Source: Azolla caroliniana (lineage: Eukaryota; Plantae; Polypodiophyta). Taken from it: a stretch of DNA of 64,000 nucleotides. This document shows positions 1 to 10,569 of the stretch, piece after piece. The DNA lies in the NCBI GenBank assembly GCA_043228905.1, contig JBHGNT010000001.1, forward strand, positions 23,498,001-23,562,000, given 5' to 3'. The notes under the pieces were generated by a model. That model had not been told where the DNA came from. It made no database searches and saw only the letters and a program-made list of their open reading frames with translations. The stretch's first letter is position 1. The number at the start of each line of letters is the position of its first letter. Made by a program: the position numbers and the translations under genes.

Positions 1-927
1 TTGCTCCTCCATTTCTCCTCGTCGCCGCCTTCACGTCGGGTTCACCAAATGTGTCGGGGTAGTTGTGGTTCGTCCAGCGAAGTCGCAGGGACTAAGGTTA
101 AGGGGAGTTGAAGGAACTTTTATAAGGCTTGCGCACAAATGTTAGGAAGATAAAGGATATGAAGAATAATAGTTTAAAGTAATATGTGTGAGAGAGAGAC
201 TAGTATAGATAAAAGATAGAGACAATGTATGATTCAAGAAGCAAGATAGAGACAAAGTATGATTTAAGACAAAAAAGTATATGATATGAACATGATGTAT
301 ATTACGAATACAAGATTTTACCAACTTTACAATGTTTGGTAGCAAGATGAACCCTTTCTCTACTGACCCTTGATTCAAACTCTTGACTCCAACTTGGAAA
401 CACGAGCCTCTTCACAAACAAGCTAACTTGTTTGTTTCTTTGATTATCTTATTTCCCTAACTTTCTCTTGATTTCCTCTTGTTTCCTTGCCCCTCTTTAT
501 ATAAGTGTTGTCATGCATATGGTAATGTATGGGAGCATGGCATGCATGCAATGTATGAGTTACATGTAATGTATGATCACCATTTGGCGCACATGCATTG
601 CATGATGGCTATGTATGAAAATAGATATGGGATAGGTATAATGATGAAAATACATTCAAAAATAACTAACCTAGCTTAGTGGTGTATGCTTTGTGTGTGG
701 TATACAAGGTTGAGAGTTAATGTCTCTCTATTTTACTCAATACAATATATAGCTTCATTCTTATATCATGAAGCCCATTTTTTTACAAACGTTTACAAAT
801 AAATAGCCTAGCCTAGTGGTATGTACATTGTACTTCGTATATAAGGATGTGGGTTCAAGTCTCTCAAATATTATTAAATACAATATTTAAGCTCATTTTT
901 ATATCGTGAAGCAAATCCTTCACGACA
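1..927 (-). mobile_element. 5' end (5' LTR 52-927, PBS, gag start) of a tRNA-Trp-primed Gypsy-type LTR element running off the left edge
   Basis: Termini TGTCG (52) ... CGACA (927). Homologous along its length to the solo LTR at 18416-19383. PBS at 30-47 and ATG-GAG-GAG-CAA (MEEQ) at 12 on the - strand, matching the PBS/MENQQ layout at 4378-4420. TATA on the - strand near 497-504. Confidence 0.85.
30..47 (-). promoter_or_regulatory. Primer binding site complementary to the 3' end of plant tRNA-Trp
   Basis: The + strand reads TTCACGTCGGGTTCACCA, which as I recall it is the 3' 18 nt of plant cytosolic tRNA-Trp(CCA). It lies 4 nt from the LTR end, and the same PBS occurs at 4378-4395. Confidence 0.8.
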
Positions 928-1514
928 CCGGTGAGAACCAGATGACGAGTGCCTGGCAAGAGCCGGATGGTGAAGGCCTGGTGAGAACCAGATGACAAGT
1001 GCTTGGCAAGAGCCAGATGATGCAGGCCCGGTGAGGAGTGCTTACCGAATGAAGGGACATATTCGTAAATATGTTTCTGAGAGTCCATTGGGGCTATATT
1101 TGTAAATAGCCGAAAAGTCATATTAGTATAAATATGACTTAGGGCAAACTTAGTAGTGTGTTGTATTCATTCTTCTTGGTGCAAGATTTTGAGTGCAACC
1201 GTGTACAGAGAGAGAGTGAGAGTGAGAGAGAGTGAGAGTCAAAGAGGACGTTGTCTCTGTTGTAACCGTCGCCTGTGGCGAAGACAGTGAGCAAGAGGTT
1301 GTTGCCTCTGTGTTCATCTATTGCACATTGTAACATAGTGATAGTTTGCAGTCTGTGGACTGCCGTGGTTTTTCCCGTGTTTGGGTTTTCCACGTAAACA
1401 TCCTGTGTACTCTTCTCTTTACTGTGTCGTGCATACATTATCCGTTTTTTTTCTGTGTTTGATCCTAGACTCGGTTGTGGCCGAGCGTTGTTTTAGGAGC
1501 ACGTTGTCCTTACA
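928..1514 (+). mobile_element. Partial LTR (Copia-like U5) inserted into the Gypsy integrase and itself interrupted at 927
   Basis: About 51-bp tandem repeats at 928-1035, TATAAATA near 1127, a GA-rich tract, the GTTTTTCCC..GGGTTTTCCACGTAAA motif typical of Copia LTRs, and a ...TTACA end at 1514. Gypsy integrase C-terminal sequence begins immediately after. Confidence 0.6.
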
Positions 1515-3587
1515 AAGCGCGTAGTTCTCCGGCTCTGTCCTGTTTGGCGGTGAATGGGTTAGGTGGCGTAGAGCCCAGGTAAGGTTTAAGGTGAAACCCA
1601 TTCACCTTTTACCGTACCACTTCTCCGGCCAGCGTACCTAGTTGGAATGTGCCTTGTTCCACTCCAATTATCCAATATGGGCCGGTCTAGTGGAATCGTA
1701 ACTTCCCTGGCATATGGCCCATGCGGGTTTGGAAAACCAGCACCGCTCGACCGACGGCGAACTCCTTTTCCCTCGCGTTCCGATGTCGATCCACAAACGC
1801 TTTACGCCGTCGTTGTTCTTGCTCCAACACAGCCATGTTGTGTACGCGTTTTTCCCCAAGTTCGAGTAGCTGGTGGAGCCGTACCTCCTCCGACTTGGCT
1901 TCCGATAGTCGGTCCTGTACCTGAATCCGCAAACTAGGTAACTGAAATTCGACCGGCATCACAGCCTCCAGCCCAAACGCTAGTCGAAACGGTGTTGACT
2001 GTATGCTTGTTTTGTAGATGGTTCTGTACGCCCATAACGCACTCTGTAATTTGGTATCCCAGTCCATTCTATTTTCATTAACGATTTTCTTCAAGATGGT
2101 CTGCAACGTCTTGTTGGTGGATTCCGCTAACCCATTCGCCTGTGGATAATATGGCATACTCTTCTTATGGACTACGGCGTAATGATGTGTTAGTTCCCGG
2201 ACCACTGTATTGAGAAAGTGACTCCCCTGGTCACTGATGAGCTCAATCGAACAGCCGAACCGGCATCAGATGTGCTCGTAAAGGAATCTGGTTGTGACGG
2301 TCGTCGTATTTTCTCGTAGTGCTTTTGCTTCTACCCACTTGGTGCAATAATCCGTAGCTACCAATATGTATTTATTGCCCGTATGGTCTGCCGTTGGTGT
2401 GAAGGGGCCCACAAAATCCAATCCCCACTTTTGGAAGGGGTCTAGCGGTAATACAGGCTGGTGTGGCATCCTTGCGCCCTCCGTGGGCTGGCCCATCCGT
2501 TGACACAAATCACACTTTCTACAATACTCGGATGCGTCCTTCTGCATTGTTGGCCGCCATAAGCTCGCCTGCCATATTTTCCGGGCTGTAACGTCGCCCG
2601 CGTAATGGCCGCCTGCCGTGCCACAGTGCGCCTCCCGTAAAAATGTTTCTTTCTCATCCTAACGTACCCCACATCGCCAAATGTCGTCTCTTCCTTTGTG
2701 ATATAAAACTCCTTCTACAAGGCAGAAGTTACGTCTTCAGACGGCTAGTCGTTTCTTCTCGTCCGTGCGTTGTGGTGGAGGCAGTCCCGTAGTCAAAAAG
2801 TATATCATTTCCATAAGCCACCGGTCCGGAAAGGTCAATTCCGTTCTTTCTGCTAGTGTTGCTACCCGCAGGATGTCGGTGTACAGAAAATCATCGTCAT
2901 CTTTCTATACTGTTTCTCCATTCTCGAGTCTACTCAAAAAATCTGCCACTGCGTGTTGTGTCCCTGGTCGGTGCTGGATTACGAAATCGAATTCTTGGAG
3001 CAGCAGCATCCATCGCGCCAATTTCCCTGTCAGGGCTTGTTTCTCCACCAAATACAGTAGCGCCGAATGATCCACGTGGAACGTGAATTTCCTCCCTAGT
3101 AAATAATGCCGGAAGTTATTGATGTTATAGATCATCCCTAGCACCTCCCGCTCCGTTGTGGAATAGTTACGCTCTGCTATTGATAATTTGCAACTAGCAT
3201 AGTACACTTGCCGGTACTAGTTTGGTTCAGTGAGCTGCATTAGTGCACTTCCTATTGCTATGTCTGAGGCGTCGACGAACACGTGGAATGGCTTCGCCCG
3301 AACTGGTGGTTGTACGACAGGGGTCTATGTGAGCATTATCTTAAGTGCCTCATAGGCCTTGTCGTCCGTTGCGGTCCATTGGAAGGGAGTCCGATGTACG
3401 GCAACATGTAACAGCATGGCGAAGTCCGCCAAATATCGTATCATCCGACTATGCCACCGTATTTGTCCTAAAAACCGACCGAGCGATTTGGCGTTTGTCG
3501 GAGTTTTGGCTTGTGTAATCGTAGAGATCTTGTTCGGATCGACCGTTATTCCCTCCTTGCTGACTATATGGCCCAGGAGAGTCCCGC

Positions 3588-6500
3588 TGTCGTAGTGTAT
3601 TTCGTACACTACGTGAAAAAGTAAAAATAATATAACTGATTTAATTACATATAAATAAATAAAATAAGAATATCAAAATATTTATCATGTGCATAGGGCA
3701 AGATTCAAACCCCATACCTCCACATAGCCAAACCTCAACTTTACCATTATGCTACCTTATCTTTAGTGTTCTACAAATAGATTTAATAACTATAAGTGCT
3801 TTATTTGCGCCTACCTTTATTAAAAGGTAAATCATGTATTTTTAGAGTGCGTGAATATTTTATAGAAAAACGCAAGCAACTAAAAAGTGACTCATGCACA
3901 TCTAGCGTGCATGAGCACTATATTTAGCAAATAAAAGCAAGGATTAGAAAAGCATCACATGCACATTTAGTGTGCATGAACATATTAGAAAAAGCATGTA
4001 GCTATGCTTAGTCTCTCCCATCACTATATAAGGATAGGGAGCACAATGTAATAGGTGTGAAATATTTGGAAATTGGATATATTTCCGAAAACACCAACCG
4101 ATTAATATAATTGTGGGATTCACGAAAATAATATAATCTATACTTGTGGGATTCACAAGTTTCTTATATCTTTCTTTCAATCTAAATACATATTCTTATC
4201 TAAATATTGATTAATCAAATACAATACACTCGTGGGATTCACGAAATTTCTATCTCTCTTTCTAATAATCTATTCATTACTAGCCTCATCTCATATTCTT
4301 CTTTCTCCTAGTCCAAAACCTCAGTGGTTCCCACCCGACTCATGCAACGATCCGGCGCCGAAAGGCACGACACAGTTTGGTGAACCCGACGTGAAGACGG
4401 GTGGCAAGGGGATGGAGAATCAACAAGAGGTGATGAACATGATGATGATGATGGTTGAGCGGATGCAACAAGAACAACGCGCGATGATGGAGATGAAGGC
4501 GGCAGTAGAGCGGCTTGTGCGACGAAATGAGGAATTCAACGGAAATGATGTGTCACGCTATCTACGTGACTACAAAGGGGAGATGATGCGATGTGGGATA
4601 CCCGAAGGATTGCAAGTGATATCCTTCAGTCGGGTAGCCACGGATGAGTTACAAGAAAGAATCTACAAGATACGGCAACAAAATTCAACATGGGGGTCCT
4701 TTGAAGAAGCTTTACGAGAGGCATATGACTACGAGAGATCGAAGGGACGAGATCGACGCGAGTTTGATGAATGGGTGGCATCGGACAAGACCCACCGAAG
4801 TGCAACACAAGCATTCCTAGAGTTCGAGCATCGTCTTGCTCGACTCTCGGAGCGGGAACAACGATTGGTGGGGGAGGATAAAGTCCTAAAGTTCGTAAAA
4901 TCGATCGATCGAAAAGAAAGGATGGACATCGGGATCGAACTCGAAGACGATGACGGTATGAATGGTCTTACCGAAGATTGGGCCGAAGTCCAAAGGGTAT
5001 GCCGGAGACATGATGAGATGAAGATGAGAATCTTGTCAACGACATGGCCGATGAAGGATGGTCGATTGAAGACAAACGATGGAGCCGATATGAAGGCCGA
5101 AATACAACATGATGGTGCGACGGAAGAGGGTGTAAAACAAGCTACCCTCTTGTCTTGCGAAAGAACAACGATGAAGGATAAGGCCGATAACCCAAGTGTA
5201 GAAGAAGATTTCAGAATACAAGTGTCCGAAACATCGGGTGAAAAAGGGGTAAGAATAATTGATGTTTGCATAATTGATGCAGTGAAAGAGAGCAAGGAGG
5301 ACTTGATTGAGGAGGTCGCCACGAAAGATGACATCGAATCGAAGGTGGCTATGGACGAATCAATGGCGGATGGCCATATCGAGACTTCCCCACCACCGAT
5401 TCCAGAGACTCCGGCGGTTGCGTTCGAAAGGCAACGTGAGACCGAAGAGACGGAAGGTGGTGGAGAGAAAACAAAGGTCGAAGCCGATGCATACGAAGGA
5501 GAGATAGCCAAGGAGGTGGCTATGGGTGAAACAACGAAGGACGATAATACCTTGGATTCCGGTCCACTAATTCTAGAGACTTCGGCGGTTGTATTCGAGA
5601 ACCAACGTGAGACCGGAGAGACAGGAGGTGGCGGCAAGAAAGGTAAAGTCGGAAGCCGGTTCGGATGGAAGGTGATCCGGACGGGATTCCGATCCGAAAG
5701 AAAGCCGAACCGGGTAAAAGAGGATTCGACCGAAAGTCGACCCAAAAGAAAGCCGAACCGAAAGGAAGAGAATTTGGCCGAAAGACGACACAAACAAAAG
5801 CCGAACCGGGCGAATGAGGATTCGGCCGAAAGACGACCCGAAAGAAAGCCGACCCGAAAAGGGGTCGACTCAGTCAAAACCGATCGACCGAGTTTGACTT
5901 GGCGGAACGCGAATATGGATGGAAGCCGACCTAGCCGAAAGCCGATCGGACGAGACCGATCCGGAAAGAAGCTAATCCGACTCAACTGGAGGTTAATCTG
6001 GTCGAGGCTGGGGAAAACGAGGAAAAGAAAGCCAACCGAAACCGAAACCAATAGATCGAAACCGGGCCGGAAGGAGACCGACTCAATCGAAACCGAACAA
6101 CCGATTCCGATTCGGCCGAATACGAATCCGATCGGAAGCCGATCAAACCGAAAGTCGATCGGACGAGAGCGATCCGGAAAAAAGTCAAGGTTGATGAAGA
6201 CAAGAAAGAGGCCAGTAAAAGACACTACCACGAATGACAAGGGCCAAGAATATGACGAGAGAGAACAAAGAATATGGTGGATCGGATGGCGACAATGGTT
6301 CGGGTGGAAAGAATGGGTCTACTCAAAATGGAGAGACAAAGTTGACATAGCAGGACAAACGGAGGATGCAGGGGAGACAACGAGCATCGGCAACTTCGGC
6401 ACATACCGGAGGATGTGCGGGTTCGGAGGGGGCGAGTGTCGTAGTGTATTTCGTACACTACGTGAAAAAGTAAAAATAATATAACCGATTTAATTACATA

Positions 6501-7229
6501 TAAATAAATAAAATAAGAATATCAAAATATTTATCATGTGCATAGGGCAAGATTCAAACCCCATACCTCCACGTAGCCAAACCTCAACTTTACCATTATG
6601 CTACCTTATCTTTAGTGTTCTATAAAAAGATTTAATAACTATAAGTGCTTTATTTGCGCCTACCTTTATTAAAAGGTAAATCATGTATTTTCAGAGTGCG
6701 TGAATATTTTATAGAAAAACGCAAGCAACTAAAAAGTGACTCATGCACATCTAGCGTGCATGAGCACTATATTTAGCAAATAAAAGCAAGGATTAGAAAA
6801 GCATCACATGCACATTTAGTGTGCATGAACATATTAGAAAAAGCATGTAGCTATGCTTAGTCTCTCCCATCACTATATAAGGATGGGGAGCATATTGTAG
6901 TTTTTGTTGATTATATTTTTCTATAATGATCAATCAATCGAAAATATTCGTGGGATTCACGAATTTGCTAAAATAATTCTCTCTTACTACCTAAATATTG
7001 ACTAAATACACTAAACTCGTGGGATTCACGAATTTGCTAAAATAATTCTCTCTTACTACCTAAATATTGACTAAATACACTAAACTCGTGGGATTCACGA
7101 GATTGCTATCTTACTTCTCTTTCTACTATTTATAACTAGCCTTAAGTTGTATTCCTCTTCCTCCTAGTCCAAAACCTCGGCGGTTCCCACCCGACTCACG
7201 CAAACGATCCGGAGCCGAAAGGCACGACA
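3588..7229 (+). mobile_element. Non-autonomous gag-only (TR-GAG-like) LTR retrotransposon with tRNA-Trp PBS and 4-bp TSD CCGC
   Basis: LTRs 3588-4372 and 6437-7229 (TGTCG...CGACA), PBS 4378-4395, PPT GGAGGGGGCGAG 6425-6436. TSD CCGC at 3584-3587 and 7230-7233; removing the element restores the host RT frame (VTSGTLLGH). No pol domains. Confidence 0.9.
4412..6484 (+). CDS. Gag-like protein with long acidic and basic repeat extension (about 690 aa from the ATG after the PBS)
   Basis: Uninterrupted ORF (track 4232..6484, whose start lies inside the LTR). N-terminal gag-like helical region (FNGNDVSRYLRDY...TWGSFEEALREAY), a duplicated acidic block, KPNR/KPT repeats and a W-rich tail. The stop lies inside the 3' LTR. 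Confidence 0.65.
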   Translation: MENQQEVMNMMMMMVERMQQEQRAMMEMKAAVERLVRRNEEFNGNDVSRYLRDYKGEMMRCGIPEGLQVISFSRVATDELQERIYKIRQQNSTWGSFEEALREAYDYERSKGRDRREFDEWVASDKTHRSATQAFLEFEHRLARLSEREQRLVGEDKVLKFVKSIDRKERMDIGIELEDDDGMNGLTEDWAEVQRVCRRHDEMKMRILSTTWPMKDGRLKTNDGADMKAEIQHDGATEEGVKQATLLSCERTTMKDKADNPSVEEDFRIQVSETSGEKGVRIIDVCIIDAVKESKEDLIEEVATKDDIESKVAMDESMADGHIETSPPPIPETPAVAFERQRETEETEGGGEKTKVEADAYEGEIAKEVAMGETTKDDNTLDSGPLILETSAVVFENQRETGETGGGGKKGKVGSRFGWKVIRTGFRSERKPNRVKEDSTESRPKRKPNRKEENLAERRHKQKPNRANEDSAERRPERKPTRKGVDSVKTDRPSLTWRNANMDGSRPSRKPIGRDRSGKKLIRLNWRLIWSRLGKTRKRKPTETETNRSKPGRKETDSIETEQPIPIRPNTNPIGSRSNRKSIGRERSGKKSRLMKTRKRPVKDTTTNDKGQEYDEREQRIWWIGWRQWFGWKEWVYSKWRDKVDIAGQTEDAGETTSIGNFGTYRRMCGFGGGECRSVFRTLREKVKII

Positions 7230-9804
7230 CCGCTGGTCACGCCGAAAGCACATTTCGCGGGATTCAGGCTTAAGCGTGCGGTGCGGCAACGTTCCAGGCA
7301 CAGTTGCAAGTGCGTAAAATGGTCTACTGTTCTCCCATATACCACAAATTCGTCTAAAAAAACTTGCATGAACGCCGGAATGTATTCCCCAAAGATCTTC
7401 GTAATTGTCCGTTGAAATGTTGCTAGCGCCGTCTTTAGCTTGAACATCATGACGACTGCCACATAGACTCCCCAGTCCGTGACAAATGTCGTCTTTTCTT
7501 GGTCCTCAAGATGCATGCATACCTGGTTCTACCCACTGAAGCCATCTAAAAAACTGTACATCTCATGTCCTACGACGGCGTCCAGTACACTATCGGTGAA
7601 GGGTAAAGGGAATGTGTTTGTAATGGTTACGACGTTTAATTTTCGATAATCCACGCATACCCGTATTTTGCCGTTTTTCTTTGGAACAACCATTATCGGG
7701 CTTAACCATGTGGCTTGTTTAACTAGCCGTATGAACCCCGCCTTCAGGAGTTTGTCAATTTCTTCTTTTACGCGGATTGCGTAGTTCGGGTTCATGCGAT
7801 AGCGGCGCTGCTGGACGGGTTTTACGTCGGTTGCTAAGTTGATCTTATGCTTATAGAACTTGGGATCTAACCCCTTCATGTCCTTGTGAGCCCAAGCGAA
7901 CACATCTTTATATTTCGTGAGTAGTGTGATCATCGTGTTTCTTTGGTCCGGCCTTAATTCCTTTGCGATGGAGAGGAAACGGGGTTCCGACTCCGTACCC
8001 ACATTTACTTCTTCCAGGATGGAGGCGGTGACTAGTCGTGAAATTTCCATTTCCCTTTTGAATGTCGCTCGTGCTCTGCTGAGTTCCAATATGGACTCTG
8101 GGTTTGGTTCGTAAGCCTCATCGTGGAGAATAGTGGCCGTGGCATATTCTGTCACGGTTGCGATGACGTCGATTTCGAACAGCGGAATGATCCGAGGGTG
8201 CTCATCTAGGCATGCCTCTAATTCTGCATCCTCCACCCCATCCAGCATATTTATATCTTCTGTGTATAATGGTGTTATACCCTTGGGTTGTGGCGTGCTT
8301 CCTTCTGTAGGTACGCGAACCTTAGTGCGTCTGTGTCGAAAACTGATACACTTGTGTTGCTAGCTCTGCTTGATATTTGCTGCACGAAGCCATGGTCTGC
8401 CCAGAAGCACTAGGTACGCCCTTGGGGCGTCCAAGGCGAGGACGACCGCCGAGATGTCGAAACAATGTCCGCCCACGATAATGCCTATCTTGCAAATTAA
8501 CCCCAATGGTCGTACTGAGCGGGTATCTGCCATTCGGAGCCAGAATGGGCAAGCCTCCCATTCTAAAATGCCTAACTGCTCGCAAGTTTTCGCGCTAATT
8601 ACGTTGACGCCTGAGCCGCCATCGATTACGCATCCAGGAATTTCATGTCCGTGTAATATTAATGTAATAGTCGGGTTGTGGTTATCCACTACATGCGGGT
8701 TGTCGCTAACGTCTGTAAGGTTTGTAGCGACGCTCACCCCGGGTATGCCCGTCACCCGTTCTTCCATGGTCTGGCAGAAGTGTGCGACTAGCTGCAGCAG
8801 CTTCTCCATGGTTAACGTTATCTCGCAGCCCGCTAATGCCTGCCAAATGGGGTCTGGACCGGTCCTTTGTCCTCTGCTCGCTCCCTCGCATTCGCGGACT
8901 CCTTCTGCATGCGCTCTGTATTGGTCGTGTTTGCTTTTTCCACCCATGCTTGGGCTTGTCGTCGTATCTCATCTTATGCAGCCCAATTAGCCGTTTTTGT
9001 TTGCTGGCGTATCGTGACTTGTTGCACTTCCGCCGTAATCGTATTGACGGCGGGCCCCTTGCCCTTGCGTGGCATAATGTCCGGGCTGTTGACAAATAAA
9101 ACAATGGATGCTTGATTCACCCTTCTCGGCTCCTAGTGGTCTGTGCCGATCACCTGGTGCGACTTGCTCCTCCCGGTCCGGCCTTGTTTGTCGGAACGCA
9201 CACGGTGGTTGCTGTTGGTCCCGTCGTGGTTCTTGGTGTCACCCATCTCCCGAGCTATCGTCGTAATGCCGGTGATCTCGATATTGCCACGGCTTCCCAC
9301 GATAACCATTGAAAGCGGACTACAGCTGATCGAAGGTTGTGATTGCTGGTAAATCCATCTGTGAATGCCAAAACGCCGCTTGCCCATCCAATGTTAACCC
9401 AAACTCTGTCATTTTTGACTGATGCGCTACCGCCTCCGAAAGGCTCTGCGCCATGTGATTCGCATTCCAAACATTAAGGAACATGCGAATATGGGTTTCG
9501 GTGTCGGTTTCGCTGTTAAAACGGGGATTGGCAAAGGCCATGTTGGGGGCTACGGTGGATCGGGAAAGACCACAAGGTGGCTGTGGTGAGCGTGCTCCCA
9601 GCGTATCGTCGAGGTATTTGGAGAGCAAAGAATCACCTTTGTAATCACGGTAGGTAGTACTGAGGTCGCTGAGGCGAGGCTTTTGTCGTGCGCGTTCCTC
9701 TGCCTGGCGTGTGACGGACCTTGTGATTGGCCGGTCTTGTCGTGTTGGTTCCATTCGTCGTTGCTCATCTGTGAGAAGACACAGATCACCAAGCGTGCCA
9801 AAAG

Positions 9805-10256
9805 TGTTACCAATTAGGAACACGGTCTGCGGTCAGTCCTTCGACCTAGACCTCCAAGTGATTGTGGAACAACGACTGGGTCGTCTATGCATAATGTGTA
9901 GGGGAATGTTCCCCGTAACCTATCAGCATATAAGGGAGATGGCTACAACTGACTCCTTAGCAATGGTTACACTCACGTTCTTACACGCTCAGGTATTCCA
10001 GACACACAGTAGAGTAGTCGTAGCTATACACAGACTTTCAGAGAAGATAGAATTCTATTATGATATGCTTCTTTACATTCCCAAAATACACGCTCCCTCT
10101 ATCAGAGGTTTTCTGCCCTTTATATACCCAGGGTCTATTTAGCCGTTCACGCTTCCTGCGTGAACCGTTACATGCGTTATGATCTTATATTATTTCTTAT
10201 TCCTACGCTCTTGTCTGTCGGTTACTATTCCGACGGACAACAGACCAAGGATGACA
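9805..10256 (-). repeat. 5' LTR of the Athila-like Gypsy
   Basis: TG...CA termini, adjacent PBS, and TATATAAAGGG on the - strand near 10116-10126. Confidence 0.7.
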
Positions 10257-10569
10257 AAACGAGCAAAACTCTGGTGGATATGACTATACAATGACAAAAG
10301 TTGGAGCGATAGACATAATAAAAGAGAAATTACCAAGTCTAGAAGGTGTCTTAGATTGAAGGCGAACTTCATTTAGTGCACATAATTTGGAGACAACATT
10401 TGGTTTTAGATCATGACAATGTTTTGATTGGTACATTTGAAAATGAGGAGGAAGAGTCACAATTGTATATTAGCTATAGTTGTGACTCTCATGAAAGTAG
10501 TGATCACAGTGATGCAAAACTCCTAAATGTATATTTTGTGGAACGATATGTAATAGATTTAGACAACAT

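Larger units (their letters stand above)
1515..10256 (-). mobile_element. Degenerate non-chromovirus (Athila-like) Ty3/Gypsy retrotransposon: 5' LTR, gag, PR, RT, RH, INT
   Basis: LTR 9805-10256 (TGTCA...TAACA on -). Decayed tRNA-Arg-like PBS near 9785-9800. Protease IDGGSGVN (8360-8947). RT WLSPIMVVPKKNGKIRVCVDYRKLN / FLDGFSG (7196-8248). RH NYSTTEREVLGM / VDHSAL (2905-3207). [11 protein letters not shown] / YYPQANGLAESTNK (1687-2547). Many stops and frameshifts; split by the 3588-7229 insertion. Confidence 0.9.

Noticed and set aside
671-865. Possible tRNA genes in the LTRs (also 18799-18856, 3696-3754)
   Set aside because: A- and B-boxes are present but there is no acceptor stem or proper cloverleaf. 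Reported as tRNA-like cassettes, not tRNA genes.
4232-4411. Signal-peptide-like N-terminus (MGFTKFLSLFLIIYSLLASS) suggesting an env-like protein
   Set aside because: It starts at a GTG inside the 5' LTR upstream of the PBS, and the equivalent 3' LTR sequence differs. The ATG at 4412 matches the start of the sister element.
6946-7101. CRISPR-like array of palindromic repeats (also 27446-27700)
   Set aside because: Eukaryotic LTR context, spacers are identical or related to each other, and there are no cas genes.
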